Below, in pieces: positions 18,427-28,316 of a stretch of 64,000 bases of DNA. Positions within the stretch are counted from its first letter, which is position 1; the number at the start of each line of letters is the position of its first letter. This DNA comes from Fibrobacteria bacterium. Its GTDB lineage: Bacteria; Fibrobacterota; Fibrobacteria; UBA11236; JADFYW01. The stretch lies in NCBI GenBank assembly GCA_050294405.1, contig JBNKOC010000012.1, positions 416,001 to 480,000 on the forward strand. Direction: 5' to 3'. Position numbers and translations under genes: made by a program. Below the pieces are notes generated by a model, which saw only the letters and a list, made by a program, of their open reading frames with translations, ran no database searches and was not told the origin of the DNA.

Positions 18427-18926
18427 TAACGGCCTTCCTTTTTGTTTAATTTTAAATCCAGAGGCTTTCTGGAAAAATCGGCCCATTCAAAATCATGGCC
18501 CATATCAATGGCGCCAAAGGGGCAGGCTTCCACGCATAAGTTGCATAGAGTGCATTGGGAAAGTCTGTATATGAACTCACCTAATACCTTTTTGCCTTTT
18601 TCGTTTTTAGTATTGTGTATGGAAATAGTGCCATTGGGGCAGGCTTTTTCGCAAATTTTACAGCCTGTGCAATTGTGATCTTCATTTTCATCGTGGGGCA
18701 TAATAACATGTCCACGGAAGCGATTGGCCATTTTTAAGCTTTCCCTGTTTTCGGGGTATTGCTGGGTGACCACTTTTTTGGGATTGATTAAGTAGCTAAA
18801 GGTAATACCCATACCCGTTAACAAAGACTTTAAGCCTCCGAATACTTTTTTAAAATAGGGTGTAGGTTTAGGCATAAGCACCAAGGGTGTTTTTTGGGCT
18901 GCAGCTTGTTTCAAATCACCTTCCAT
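18426..18926 (-). CDS. nuoI: NADH-quinone oxidoreductase subunit I
   Basis: TQQYPE, RFRG, CTGCKICEKACP, CTLCNLCVEACP. Confidence 0.93.
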   Translation of the reverse strand: MEGDLKQAAAQKTPLVLMPKPTPYFKKVFGGLKSLLTGMGITFSYLINPKKVVTQQYPENRESLKMANRFRGHVIMPHDENEDHNCTGCKICEKACPNGTISIHNTKNEKGKKVLGEFIYRLSQCTLCNLCVEACPFGAIDMGHDFEWADFSRKPLDLKLNKKEGR

Positions 18927-18949
18927 TTACTATTCCCAATTTTTCCTTT

Positions 18950-20053
18950 TTATGGAATCAACCAATTGAGGCTGATTAATATGGCTCCCAGGGAAAGGTT
19001 TCCCAGAGTAGCAGGCAATAAAAATTTCCATTCAAAAATCATCAGCTGGTCTACCCTAAGTCTGGGGAAGGTCCAGCGAAACCACATAAATAAGAAAACC
19101 ACAAAATAGGCCTTTAGCATAAACCAGATATAACCCGGCACCATGTTTAAAATATTGTCCACTGCAGCGATGCCAATATTAGGCGCTAAAAATCCACCCA
19201 GAAAAAAAGTAGCTGTTAACCCACCAGCTACAAACATGTTGATAAATTCCGCAAGAAAAAACATGGAAAAGGTAATGCCTGAATATTCCGTGTGAAATCC
19301 GGCTGTAAGTTCGGATTCGGCTTCGGACATATCAAAAGGGCCTCGATTGAGTTCAGCGGTACCGGAAATAATAAAAAGCACGAATCCCAGAACTCCCACA
19401 AAGGGGGCTTTGATAATCCACCAGTCTAAAATGGTTCCCTGTTGGCTCAATACAATTTCTCTTAAGGAAGCTGTTCCACTTAGCAAAACAATAAGCAACA
19501 TGCCTAAAGCAATGGAAACCTCATAGCTAATCATTTGGGCTCCAGTACGTAGAGAACCCAAAAGAGCCCATTTAGAGTTGGAAGCCCAGCCTCCGATTAA
19601 AAATCCAAAAATTCCCAGGCCGGAAACAGCAATCACATAAAGAACTCCTGCCTTCAAATCCGTAAATTGCAAATGGTGGTCAAAGGGCATCACCGCCAGG
19701 ATTAAAAAGGTACCGGTCATGGGCAAAAGGGGAGCCAAATAAAATCCAAAAGCATCGCTGCCTTTGGGTCGGAGCCCTTCTTTTAATAACAATTTGACAG
19801 CGTCAGCAATGGTTTGCAAAGCGCCGTGCCAGCCCACACGCATAGGACCAACTCTGGCCTGGAAATGGGCGCATACTTTTCGCTCCAGCCAAATAAGAAA
19901 AAAGGCGCTTAAGGATACAAAAGTAATTAACCCCAATACACCAGCTACATAAGGCATTATTTGTTGCAAAGGCCCTTGCGGCATTACACTTCGGATAAAA
20001 TCGCCTATGGCGTTTGTTTCCGGATATAGTTTTTGCAATTCAGCTGGGTTCAT
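18950..20053 (-). CDS. nuoH: NADH-quinone oxidoreductase subunit H
   Basis: ERKVCAHFQARVGP, PFDMSEAESELTAGFHTEYSG, PRLRVDQ. Confidence 0.95.
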   Translation of the reverse strand: MNPAELQKLYPETNAIGDFIRSVMPQGPLQQIMPYVAGVLGLITFVSLSAFFLIWLERKVCAHFQARVGPMRVGWHGALQTIADAVKLLLKEGLRPKGSDAFGFYLAPLLPMTGTFLILAVMPFDHHLQFTDLKAGVLYVIAVSGLGIFGFLIGGWASNSKWALLGSLRTGAQMISYEVSIALGMLLIVLLSGTASLREIVLSQQGTILDWWIIKAPFVGVLGFVLFIISGTAELNRGPFDMSEAESELTAGFHTEYSGITFSMFFLAEFINMFVAGGLTATFFLGGFLAPNIGIAAVDNILNMVPGYIWFMLKAYFVVFLFMWFRWTFPRLRVDQLMIFEWKFLLPATLGNLSLGAILISLNWLIP

Positions 20054-20056
20054 TTG

Positions 20057-21208
20057 CTACCTGTCGATATCGGGAATAACCAAATCAATAGTGGATAAAA
20101 TGGCGACCAGATCTCCAATTTTTAAGCCCACGGACATTTCATTGATGGCGTGTAGGTTGGAAAAATTAGGAGAGCGTGTTTTCACCCTATAGGGTTTGTC
20201 GCCTTTGCCGCTGGATACAAAATAAGTTCCGAATATGCCCCGAGCCGTTTCTACCTGGCTATATACACTTCCTTTGGGAAGTCTGAAGCTGGCTTTGGGT
20301 TTGCTGCGGTAGGGACCTTCCGGAAAACGGGCACAGGCCTGTTCCAAAATTTTAAGGGATTGAGCCATCTCTTCCATACGAACCGTGTACCTGTCAAAAC
20401 AGTCTCCCACCTTTCCAAGTGGCACATCAAAGTCAAAGCTGGAATATATGGAGTAAGGGTCGTTTTTACGGACATCGTAATTGACCCCGGAACCTCTGGC
20501 AGTAGGGCCGGAACAGCCATAAGAAATGGCTTTTTCTTTGGTGAGAATGCCGATTCCCTTGGTTCTCTCTTGTAAAATGATATTGCCTGTTAGCAAACGG
20601 TTCATTTCGTCCAGGGAGCGTTTCATATGCTCAATGATTTTCTTTACCTGGGGAATAAAGCCTTCGTGTACGTCGGCGTAACTTCCTCCAGGGCGAAAAA
20701 AGTTCATGGTGAGGCGGGCGCCACATAATTCTTCAAAGAGCTCGGTAATAAGCTCCCTGTCTTTGAAGCCATATAAAAATGCGGTTATTGCGCCTAAATC
20801 CATTCCCATAACACCCCACCACAATAAGTGGGATTGAATGCGCTGTAATTCGCTCACCATTACCCGGATATATTCGGCTCTTTCAGGAACTCCAATTCCC
20901 ATACCTTTTTCTATGGCCAGGCACACTCCCAGATTATTGATATGGCTGGAGAGATAATCCATTCTATCGGTTAGGTGGATGTATTGCACGTAAGATTCTG
21001 TTTCGCCCATTTTTTCAATGGACCGATGGATATAACCCAAATGGGGAACCACTTCTCGAATAATTTCTCCGTCCAACCTCACTACTAACCTTAAAACACC
21101 GTGGGTACTGGGGTGCTGTGGCCCCATATTCAAATAATATTCTTCAGTGCTTTCCTTATTTTCGGCGACGTGAAATCCAGGTTGTGTTTTAAGAGGGGTT
21201 AATTCCAT
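20057..21208 (-). CDS. nuoD: NADH-quinone oxidoreductase subunit D
   Basis: NMGPQHPSTHGVLR, GYIHRSIEK, C-terminal DIDR. Confidence 0.95.
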   Translation of the reverse strand: MELTPLKTQPGFHVAENKESTEEYYLNMGPQHPSTHGVLRLVVRLDGEIIREVVPHLGYIHRSIEKMGETESYVQYIHLTDRMDYLSSHINNLGVCLAIEKGMGIGVPERAEYIRVMVSELQRIQSHLLWWGVMGMDLGAITAFLYGFKDRELITELFEELCGARLTMNFFRPGGSYADVHEGFIPQVKKIIEHMKRSLDEMNRLLTGNIILQERTKGIGILTKEKAISYGCSGPTARGSGVNYDVRKNDPYSIYSSFDFDVPLGKVGDCFDRYTVRMEEMAQSLKILEQACARFPEGPYRSKPKASFRLPKGSVYSQVETARGIFGTYFVSSGKGDKPYRVKTRSPNFSNLHAINEMSVGLKIGDLVAILSTIDLVIPDIDR

Positions 21209-21209
21209 A

Positions 21210-22442
21210 TTAATAGGGCCTCTTTACAACTCGTGTAGGGTCTTCCCAATCTTTGCGAAGGGGGAAACCCTCGATGGGCTTCTCCAACTCGTCCAGAAAA
21301 ATGCGGCGCATATCGGGATGGTTGGTAAATTTTATTCCAAAAAAATCGTAAACTTCTCTCTCGTGCCAGTTAGCTCCTATGTATATGGCGCAAAGGCTTT
21401 CTATTTCGGGGTTTTCCCTGTCAGAAAGGCTGGCGTGAAAAGAAATTTTGTGGCCCAGTTCTGTGGAAAGCAAATGTACCACCACATCCATGTATTCCAC
21501 ATAATCCACGGCGGTGATAAAAGTGAGGAAGTCCATTTTTAATTTGGAATGGGACTTTAAAAAATTAGCAAAGGCCACATATTCTTCTTTTTCAACTACA
21601 AAGTCCAAAATGTAATCTGGGCCTAATTTTTCCAGGGATTCCTGGCTGATTTCTTCGAGATCTGCAATTTTAATATTGGGGAATTTTTCGGCAACCAATT
21701 GGTATATTTCCCAATTGGAAAGCCCGATTTGCAGAGGAGCCGGCCTTTCTACATCAGAAAAACTCTCTACTTCCTTCCGTTGGTAAGTGTGTCCCTTGTA
21801 TTTAGGGTTTTCTTCCGCGAATTTTTTCTGCGCTTCTTTAATCTGCTCTTGTTTGTCCGCTTCCAATACATCCCAGGCATTTGCCGCATCGCTGTGCAAA
21901 TCGCTAATACCTTCCGGATAAATGGGATTGGGTTTACGGGGTACCCGGATAGTTTCTTTTTTTATCAGCTCTTGCAATTGAAGTATGCCGTAAAGCAAAG
22001 CCTCAGGTCGGGGAGGGCAGCCGGGAATATATACATCAACGGGAATGATTCTATCAGCCCCTTTTACGGCGGCGTAACTGTCGTAATAAAAAGGCCCGCC
22101 GGAAATAGTGCAAGCCCCCATGGCAATAACATATTTAGGGCTTGCCATTTGTTCGTATAAAGTTTTTAGGCGGGGAGCCATTTTTTCCACAATGGTTCCG
22201 GCAAGGATAATGACATCGGCCTGCCTGGGTGTGGCCCTTGCCACTTCAGCACCAAAGCGGGACCAATCGTGTTTGGAGGCGCCTGTGGCCATCATTTCAA
22301 TGGCGCAGCAAGAGGTTCCATAAACCAAAGGCCAAAGGGAATTGGCTCTGGCCCAATTCACCACAAAGTCAACGGCATTGGTTAAGTTCTTTCCAGCTGG
22401 CATCGCATCCAGAAGGCTAGGTAATTTGTTGAGTGCAGACAT
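21210..22442 (-). CDS. nuoBC: Fused NADH-quinone oxidoreductase subunits B and C
   Basis: N-terminal SCCAIEM and GCPPRPE (NuoB). C-terminal [11 protein letters not shown] and FPLRKD (NuoC). Confidence 0.9.
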   Translation of the reverse strand: MSALNKLPSLLDAMPAGKNLTNAVDFVVNWARANSLWPLVYGTSCCAIEMMATGASKHDWSRFGAEVARATPRQADVIILAGTIVEKMAPRLKTLYEQMASPKYVIAMGACTISGGPFYYDSYAAVKGADRIIPVDVYIPGCPPRPEALLYGILQLQELIKKETIRVPRKPNPIYPEGISDLHSDAANAWDVLEADKQEQIKEAQKKFAEENPKYKGHTYQRKEVESFSDVERPAPLQIGLSNWEIYQLVAEKFPNIKIADLEEISQESLEKLGPDYILDFVVEKEEYVAFANFLKSHSKLKMDFLTFITAVDYVEYMDVVVHLLSTELGHKISFHASLSDRENPEIESLCAIYIGANWHEREVYDFFGIKFTNHPDMRRIFLDELEKPIEGFPLRKDWEDPTRVVKRPY

Positions 22443-22448
22443 TTTTAT

Positions 22449-22832
22449 TTACTCCCACTCCAATACTTTTTTCTTCCAGGCGTACAAAAGTCCAAAAACA
22501 AGAATAGAAACAAAAACAAATATTTCCACCAGCAAAACCCAGGTTTGGATACCGGGAATTTGGCCTTGGGTTGCCGCTCGAAAAATTGCCGCGCAGGGAA
22601 ATAAAAACAGGGATTCCACATCAAAAATTAAAAACAAAAGGGCAAATAAATAATAACCAACCTTAAATTGAATGCGGGCGCTGCCTATGGCTTCTTCACC
22701 GCATTCGTAAGGCTCGTGCTTTTTTTGTGTATCGGGAGAGCGAAAAGATACAATAAGGGAAGTAACCATACCTCCACCAACAAATATGGTACCCAGGAAG
22801 ACAAAAAAGCCTATAATTCCGTATTCACCCAT
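22449..22832 (-). CDS. nuoA: NADH-quinone oxidoreductase subunit A
   Basis: PYECG, FLIFDVE, YAWKKKVLEWE. Confidence 0.95.
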   Translation of the reverse strand: MGEYGIIGFFVFLGTIFVGGGMVTSLIVSFRSPDTQKKHEPYECGEEAIGSARIQFKVGYYLFALLFLIFDVESLFLFPCAAIFRAATQGQIPGIQTWVLLVEIFVFVSILVFGLLYAWKKKVLEWE

Positions 22833-22922
22833 GCTCTCCCCAGAAGTTAATTTTTATTTGAGGGAATTGTCTAAAAAAATTTGGAGATTCAAAATTCTTT
22901 ATGGATTTTATGGTTGAGGAAA

Positions 22923-23318
22923 ATGGAATTTAACATTGAAAAATTAATCTCCATGCAAAATGGCGAAAATCTTGGTACCCAGCAAAAAATTTTATTGACG
23001 GAATTGACAGAATTTTTTTTGGAAAGAGATCTTGCCCATAAAAAAGACCCAAAAATAATTGAACAATTTCTTACTCCCTTTCTACTAATAAACATACCAA
23101 GGGATGCTGTAAAAGAAATTTGCTTAAAAATTCCTAGGGATTTTTTTTGGGATCATCGCGAAATGTATTTTGATTTTCGTCTGGCGCGTTGGATAAAGCA
23201 TGTGGAGCCATCCAGTCTAAAAGAATGTATGGAAGAGTATTGGGAAAATTCGGAATCGCCCCTGGATGCTTTAAAATATTTTCGAGGTTTAATCCGGGAT
23301 TTTAGTTCCCGCATTTAA
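22923..23318 (+). CDS. Hypothetical protein
   Basis: GAGGA RBS just before ATG 22923. No recognised motif. Confidence 0.5.
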   Translation: MEFNIEKLISMQNGENLGTQQKILLTELTEFFLERDLAHKKDPKIIEQFLTPFLLINIPRDAVKEICLKIPRDFFWDHREMYFDFRLARWIKHVEPSSLKECMEEYWENSESPLDALKYFRGLIRDFSSRI

Positions 23319-23331
23319 AAAGTAAAAACCC

Positions 23332-23564
23332 AGGAGGGCTAAAAATTGATAATTGTGACATCAAACGAGGGGCGCGAAGAGGAACGCGAGCTTGAAGGAG
23401 CAGTGCGACGCCCAAAAACCGGAGTTTACTTGCTTGTAAATGAGGAACCGAGAAGCCCAAATGCAGATGCTTATCGAGCTTAAAGGAAACAAATGGAATT
23501 TGTGACGACTATTTTGACGATGAAGCAACGATGTATCATGTCCAAGGGTAATTTTTAGAGGGGC
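23332..23564 (+). mobile_element. MITE/RPE-like non-autonomous repeat, copy 1
   Basis: Ends CTAAAAATT...AATTTTTAG. Shares GCGAGCTTGAAGGAGC and GCGACGCCCAA with the copy at 40501-40624. Internal TTTAC...GTAAA hairpin. Confidence 0.6.
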
Positions 23565-24518
23565 TTAAAAACGAAAGGCAAGGGCGAAAGACAGAGGACT
23601 TGGCCCTGGCATTAGGGCAAATTTATCTTCCCGGTCGAAGTCGTTTAATATGGCATCCACCATTCCATCGCCAATGGCATACAAATACAAAAGCGCCATC
23701 CCCCAATAATATTGGTTTCTGCGTTTGCGGTAAAGGGTAGCCTGGGTTTGCAGGTAATCCAGATTTTCTCCAATGTTATCCTTTTCTAAAAGGGACTCAG
23801 CTTTCGCTGAGATAATCCGGCTTCGGTAGTAATCCACCATTTGCTGCCTAAAAACAGCCGAGGCAACACAGCCTCCAATTCCCATCCATAACATGCCAAA
23901 TTTGCCATAGCGTCCGGTATACAACTGGCCTCCTCCTGGAAAAACCAGCCCCCTCCAAAAAGCAGTTTCCCCCGAAAGGGATTCTTCTTTTTTGCCCCTA
24001 CTGTTTTTGGCTATTTCAAAGGCATCCATAAAGCCGTAGAAATGCATCCCTAATCCCCAGGCAATAAAAGATTTGGTTAAATCCATCTGTGCCATTTTTT
24101 TGTCCTGGATTTCCCTGGCATTATAGAGTGCTTCTTTCATTTCTCTGGCAGCATCTAAGCTGTCCGGGTTATTAATCAAAGCCCGATAACTGTCGTAAGA
24201 CTTCTCAATGAAATCCAGAATTTGTTTGTTTTGATTTTTAAATAAACTGGGCTGGGAAAAAAAAGCCTGTCCCAAAAGCAGACCTTCAATACCAAACAAA
24301 AAGCCCGCCCGCACATAATGCTTGGAATAAATATGTCCCCCCCCGGGAATAAGAGCTGCTAACGCCAGTGTTTTTCCATAGGATAATGGAGGGTTTTCTA
24401 TTCTCCAGTCTTCAATAGGCAGGCTATCAATTTTGGGTATTCCCGATTTTCTTTGGCCATAGCAAATACACGCACACAATAGGCTGAGGTAAAATATTTT
24501 GGCAGATGGGAATTTCAT
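23565..24518 (-). CDS. Membrane protein with two DUF5683-like repeats
   Basis: Two repeats, LIPGGGHIY...DA and VFPGGGQLY...DG. Signal peptide. Confidence 0.6.
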   Translation of the reverse strand: MKFPSAKIFYLSLLCACICYGQRKSGIPKIDSLPIEDWRIENPPLSYGKTLALAALIPGGGHIYSKHYVRAGFLFGIEGLLLGQAFFSQPSLFKNQNKQILDFIEKSYDSYRALINNPDSLDAAREMKEALYNAREIQDKKMAQMDLTKSFIAWGLGMHFYGFMDAFEIAKNSRGKKEESLSGETAFWRGLVFPGGGQLYTGRYGKFGMLWMGIGGCVASAVFRQQMVDYYRSRIISAKAESLLEKDNIGENLDYLQTQATLYRKRRNQYYWGMALLYLYAIGDGMVDAILNDFDREDKFALMPGPSPLSFALAFRF

Positions 24519-24630
24519 GCCCTTTGAAGATACTTTTTTTAAGCCTTTATTTCTTCCCCGGCTTTAGCCGTTAAAAATTTTGAACTTTAATAATGACCCT
24601 GCCACTTTAATTTTTAAAAGCTCAGGATCG

Positions 24631-25752
24631 CTATTTTTTTTGCTGGGCGCGAATTTTTTTCCAGTTTCCCAGAAGACCGCCAGACTTTTTGGATTTTTTT
24701 CCGGAAAATTTGGAGAAGCCAGGCCGGCCTTTGGGCTTAGTGACGGCCTCTGATTCTTTTTTCTTTTTAGTTAAAGATACATTACTTTCCACCAGACGGC
24801 GGTTGTCAATCATTAAGCCCGAAAGCACATCTCTGGAATTGGGGCTTCTGTAACGTCCTTTGACCTGGTAAAAACGGGAGCTTTGAATGCGCCGGGAATA
24901 GCCCACAGACTCCAACACAAATTGAGTTTCAATGCCAATGGCAGATACATTCCAACCCAGCTGTAGCCGGGGAACATAAGTTGTATCGGATTTGCTGATT
25001 TCGTAGTCCACTTCCATTTCAGAGGTATATACATCACCCGTCCAGTTTATTTTCATGGAAAAATTTTTTGGCCCCGGACCCTCGAAGGGATATTTGTTCC
25101 AAAGCAAAAAACTTTCGCCACCCGGGGCATTGAGGAAAAATAATTTTCCCGGACCTTCCGCATCAATGCGTTCTTCTTCTCTGTCTTTTTTGTCAGGGGG
25201 CTCCCGCTGAAGGCGCAGACGGTGGTAAAGCAGTATTCCATTAATATCGTTATTTTGCCCCTGCATCACTGCATTGGTAATAAACAGGTCCGAGGAATTT
25301 CCCGCACTGTCGTACAACACATGTAAAGGCAATAAGCTGTCGTAATATACATTCACATATATCCGCTCAAAATGATAGCTGAACTCTCCTAATTCCGCGG
25401 AGTTTGGCCAGTGGAAATCGAAAGCGGGGTGGGGTGGAATGGTGCGGGGCTCAAACAGTTCAATGGGATAGTCCTGGGGTTCCAGATTGAAGAAAAAATC
25501 TTTCCAGCCCAGCCCTCCCATAAACTTGCCTTTGAGCTCGGCTTTCCCATCCACCCAATTTCGCTCCCGTTGCCAACCAAAAACCCCAGCTGCCAAATTG
25601 CTGTCCACCCGTCCGATAAAGAAAAAATTGTCCTGATATAAATACTGCAAGCTGTCCTGGATTTCAGGCTCAGCGCCAAATACCTGAAGACTTAGAAACA
25701 GCGCGCAGGCAAATACACAAAACCGGGCTTTTATTGTTCCCCCATTATTCAT
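24631..25752 (-). CDS. Hypothetical exported protein with basic C-terminal tail
   Basis: 373-aa ORF with signal-peptide-like N-terminus. Confidence 0.6.
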   Translation of the reverse strand: MNNGGTIKARFCVFACALFLSLQVFGAEPEIQDSLQYLYQDNFFFIGRVDSNLAAGVFGWQRERNWVDGKAELKGKFMGGLGWKDFFFNLEPQDYPIELFEPRTIPPHPAFDFHWPNSAELGEFSYHFERIYVNVYYDSLLPLHVLYDSAGNSSDLFITNAVMQGQNNDINGILLYHRLRLQREPPDKKDREEERIDAEGPGKLFFLNAPGGESFLLWNKYPFEGPGPKNFSMKINWTGDVYTSEMEVDYEISKSDTTYVPRLQLGWNVSAIGIETQFVLESVGYSRRIQSSRFYQVKGRYRSPNSRDVLSGLMIDNRRLVESNVSLTKKKKESEAVTKPKGRPGFSKFSGKKSKKSGGLLGNWKKIRAQQKK

Positions 25753-25852
25753 ACTTCTTTATTTTATCCTTTTTCAGGGGTACATGTCATTGCTCCTGGG
25801 GTGATCTTTTAATTTTTTGTAGGGACATTTTCTGTCCTGAGGAAGGTTTATA

Positions 25853-27109
25853 TTGAAAAATATGATTTCAACAGTCATAAACATCGGCGACGAATTGATG
25901 AGCGGCAAAAGGGTGAATACCAACGCTTCGGATATGGGCCGTTTTTTAATGGGCTTTGGCCATAAATTGAGCAGTATCGAGAGTATTCCCGATAATTCCT
26001 CTGCAATTGTTTCCACATTGGAAAAATGGGTAAACAAGGCTGATTTGGTTTTAATAACCGGCGGACTTGGTCCAACGCGAGATGACACTACTCGCGAGTC
26101 TGTGGCCCAATTTTTAAAAACAGAATTGCTGGAATCGCCCCAGGCCTTGGTTTGGGTTAAGGACTTTCTCAAAAAAAAAGGCAAGGCCTACAGCGAAAAT
26201 CAAAAAAAGCAAATATACATCCCAATGGGCGCTTTGCCCCTTAGAAATAAAGTGGGAACAGCCTGTGGCATATCTTTTTTACGGGGCAGAACCCAGTATA
26301 TGTTATTTCCCGGGGTTCCCTCCGAAGTGCGGCAAATGTTAACAGACCATGTTAAGCCTTTGCTATTGGGCCAAAACTTAAAACTGGAAAAGCAGTTGTG
26401 GACTTGGGATTGGTCTGAATCCCGGCAAGAAGAGGCTTTTAAAGACTTTTCCTTACCAAAAAACTATAATTTTTCCTCTTTGCCTTCTTTACAGGGGGTG
26501 CAAATATCCCTCAGCACTATTTGCTCTAAAAATTCAGCTCAGCTTAAAAAAGAAAAACAAAATTTTTCCAAGCATTGGAAAAAACTTTTGAGTTGCGTAC
26601 CTGCCCATTTGTTGGTTCGCCCCGTGGGTTTAACTGCGCTTGAGGCCATTGCGCAAAAGCTACTAAAGAGTAAAAAGAAAGTGGCTGTGGCTGAATCCTG
26701 CACAGGGGGGCTTTTGGCCGCTGAGTTTACTTCTCGTCCGGGCAGTAGCGATTATTTTGAGGCGGGCTATGTTACCTATAGTAATAATGCGAAGCAAAAA
26801 ATTTTAAAAGTTCCCGCTTCCCTTTTGGATAAACATGGAGCTGTTTCTGAGGCTGTGGTAAAGGCTATGGTTAAAGGCTGTCTTAAAGCGAGTGGAGCCG
26901 ACTATGCCCTGGCTACTTCAGGAATTGCGGGACCTGGGGGCGGCACTGTCCAAAAACCAGTGGGCACAGTTTGGCTAGCTTATGGTTCCTCTGAAAAAGT
27001 GGAGTCCAGGCTTTTGCAACTTAAAGGGAGCCGTTCTCAAATTCAAATTCGAACTGTGCAGCAGTTGCTCTTCGATTTAAACCAATTTTTGGAAAAAATT
27101 TTAAAATGA
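25853..27109 (+). CDS. cinA: Competence/damage-inducible protein CinA (MoCF domain + PncC NMN deamidase)
   Basis: GDELMSG..NTN, TGGLGPTRDD, AESCTGG, SGIAGPGGG. Lies upstream of recA. Confidence 0.92.
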   Translation: MKNMISTVINIGDELMSGKRVNTNASDMGRFLMGFGHKLSSIESIPDNSSAIVSTLEKWVNKADLVLITGGLGPTRDDTTRESVAQFLKTELLESPQALVWVKDFLKKKGKAYSENQKKQIYIPMGALPLRNKVGTACGISFLRGRTQYMLFPGVPSEVRQMLTDHVKPLLLGQNLKLEKQLWTWDWSESRQEEAFKDFSLPKNYNFSSLPSLQGVQISLSTICSKNSAQLKKEKQNFSKHWKKLLSCVPAHLLVRPVGLTALEAIAQKLLKSKKKVAVAESCTGGLLAAEFTSRPGSSDYFEAGYVTYSNNAKQKILKVPASLLDKHGAVSEAVVKAMVKGCLKASGADYALATSGIAGPGGGTVQKPVGTVWLAYGSSEKVESRLLQLKGSRSQIQIRTVQQLLFDLNQFLEKILK

Positions 27110-27120
27110 AAAAAAGAACT

Positions 27121-27134
27121 TGCACATTTGAGCA
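27121..27134. promoter_or_regulatory. Putative LexA (SOS) box, Fibrobacter type
   Basis: TGCAC-ATTT-GAGCA (reverse strand TGCTC-N4-GTGCA), immediately followed by TATAAT, upstream of recA. Confidence 0.75.
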
Positions 27135-27176
27135 GTATAATTAATTTTTAACGGAAAGATCAAAAGGAGATTCACA

Positions 27177-28256
27177 ATGGCAAAGAAACAAAACAAAACC
27201 CCTCTTGGTGTCGAAGGCGATAAAGCCAAAATTATCGAAGGCACCATTGCTCAAATCGAAAAGGCACACGGCAAAGGCGCTATTATGAGTCTTGGCACTC
27301 AAGAAGCCGCCAGTGTACCTACTATTCCTACAGGCTGTATCCAGTTAGACATGGCTTTGGGCATCGGTGGTTACCCCCGGGGTAAAATTGTTGAAATTTT
27401 TGGCCCCGAATCTTCCGGTAAAACCACTTTAACCTTGCACGCCATTGCCGAAGCCCAACGCCAGGGCGGCGTAGCCGCCTTCATTGATGCCGAGCATTCC
27501 TTTGATCCTATATACGCCCGCAAACTTGGAGTTAACATTGATCATCTGTTGGTTTCCCAACCCGATACTGGTGAACAAGCACTGGATATTTGCGAAACAT
27601 TGGTGCGCAGCGGGGCTATTGATATTGTGGTTATCGATTCTGTGGCTGCCTTGGTTCCCCAAGCCGAAATTAATGGAGAAATGGGCGACTCACACATGGG
27701 CCTTCAAGCCCGCCTCATGTCTCAGGCTTTGCGAAAACTTACTGCCATTGTGAGCCGCTCCAGCACCTGCCTTTTCTTTATTAACCAATTGCGCATGAAA
27801 ATTGGTGTCATGTTTGGCAATCCCGAAACCACCACAGGGGGCAATGCCCTTAAATTTTATTCCTCGGTGCGCATGGATATTCGCCGCGTGGCCACCATTA
27901 AAGACGGCGACAACGCAGTGGGCAACCGCACTCGGGTTAAAATTGTGAAAAACAAAACCGCCGCCCCCTTTAAACAATGTGAGTTTGATATTCTCTATGG
28001 TGAGGGAATTTCCCGAGAAGGTAGCCTTTTGGATATGGCCACCGAATACGAAATTATCCAAAAAAGTGGAACCTGGTACAGTTATGGTGCAGAAAGATTG
28101 GGTCAGGGTCGCGACAGAGCTGTGGCTTTCTTAAAAGAAAACACAGACGTTAGTACCGAAATCGAAGCTAAAATTCGCGAAACTCTATCCGCCAAACCAG
28201 AAGATACCGACGAAATGCTCGCAAATATTGAATTGGTGGTTCGCGAAGAAAATTAA
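27177..28256 (+). CDS. recA: Recombinase RecA
   Basis: [35 protein letters not shown]. Confidence 0.99.
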   Translation: MAKKQNKTPLGVEGDKAKIIEGTIAQIEKAHGKGAIMSLGTQEAASVPTIPTGCIQLDMALGIGGYPRGKIVEIFGPESSGKTTLTLHAIAEAQRQGGVAAFIDAEHSFDPIYARKLGVNIDHLLVSQPDTGEQALDICETLVRSGAIDIVVIDSVAALVPQAEINGEMGDSHMGLQARLMSQALRKLTAIVSRSSTCLFFINQLRMKIGVMFGNPETTTGGNALKFYSSVRMDIRRVATIKDGDNAVGNRTRVKIVKNKTAAPFKQCEFDILYGEGISREGSLLDMATEYEIIQKSGTWYSYGAERLGQGRDRAVAFLKENTDVSTEIEAKIRETLSAKPEDTDEMLANIELVVREEN

Positions 28257-28277
28257 TCAGAAGTTCTTTTTTACTGC

Positions 28278-28316
28278 AAAAAATGGGGGAGGTCTTAGGC
28301 CTTCCCTATTTTTTTT
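28278..28316. terminator. Bidirectional terminator between recA and the convergent gene
   Basis: GGGGAGGTC-tta-GGCCTTCCC flanked by A and T tracts. Confidence 0.65.

Noticed and set aside
18427..18486. N-terminal extension of NuoJ in the ORF track
   Set aside because: It overlaps nuoI. The true start is probably the ATG at 18426.
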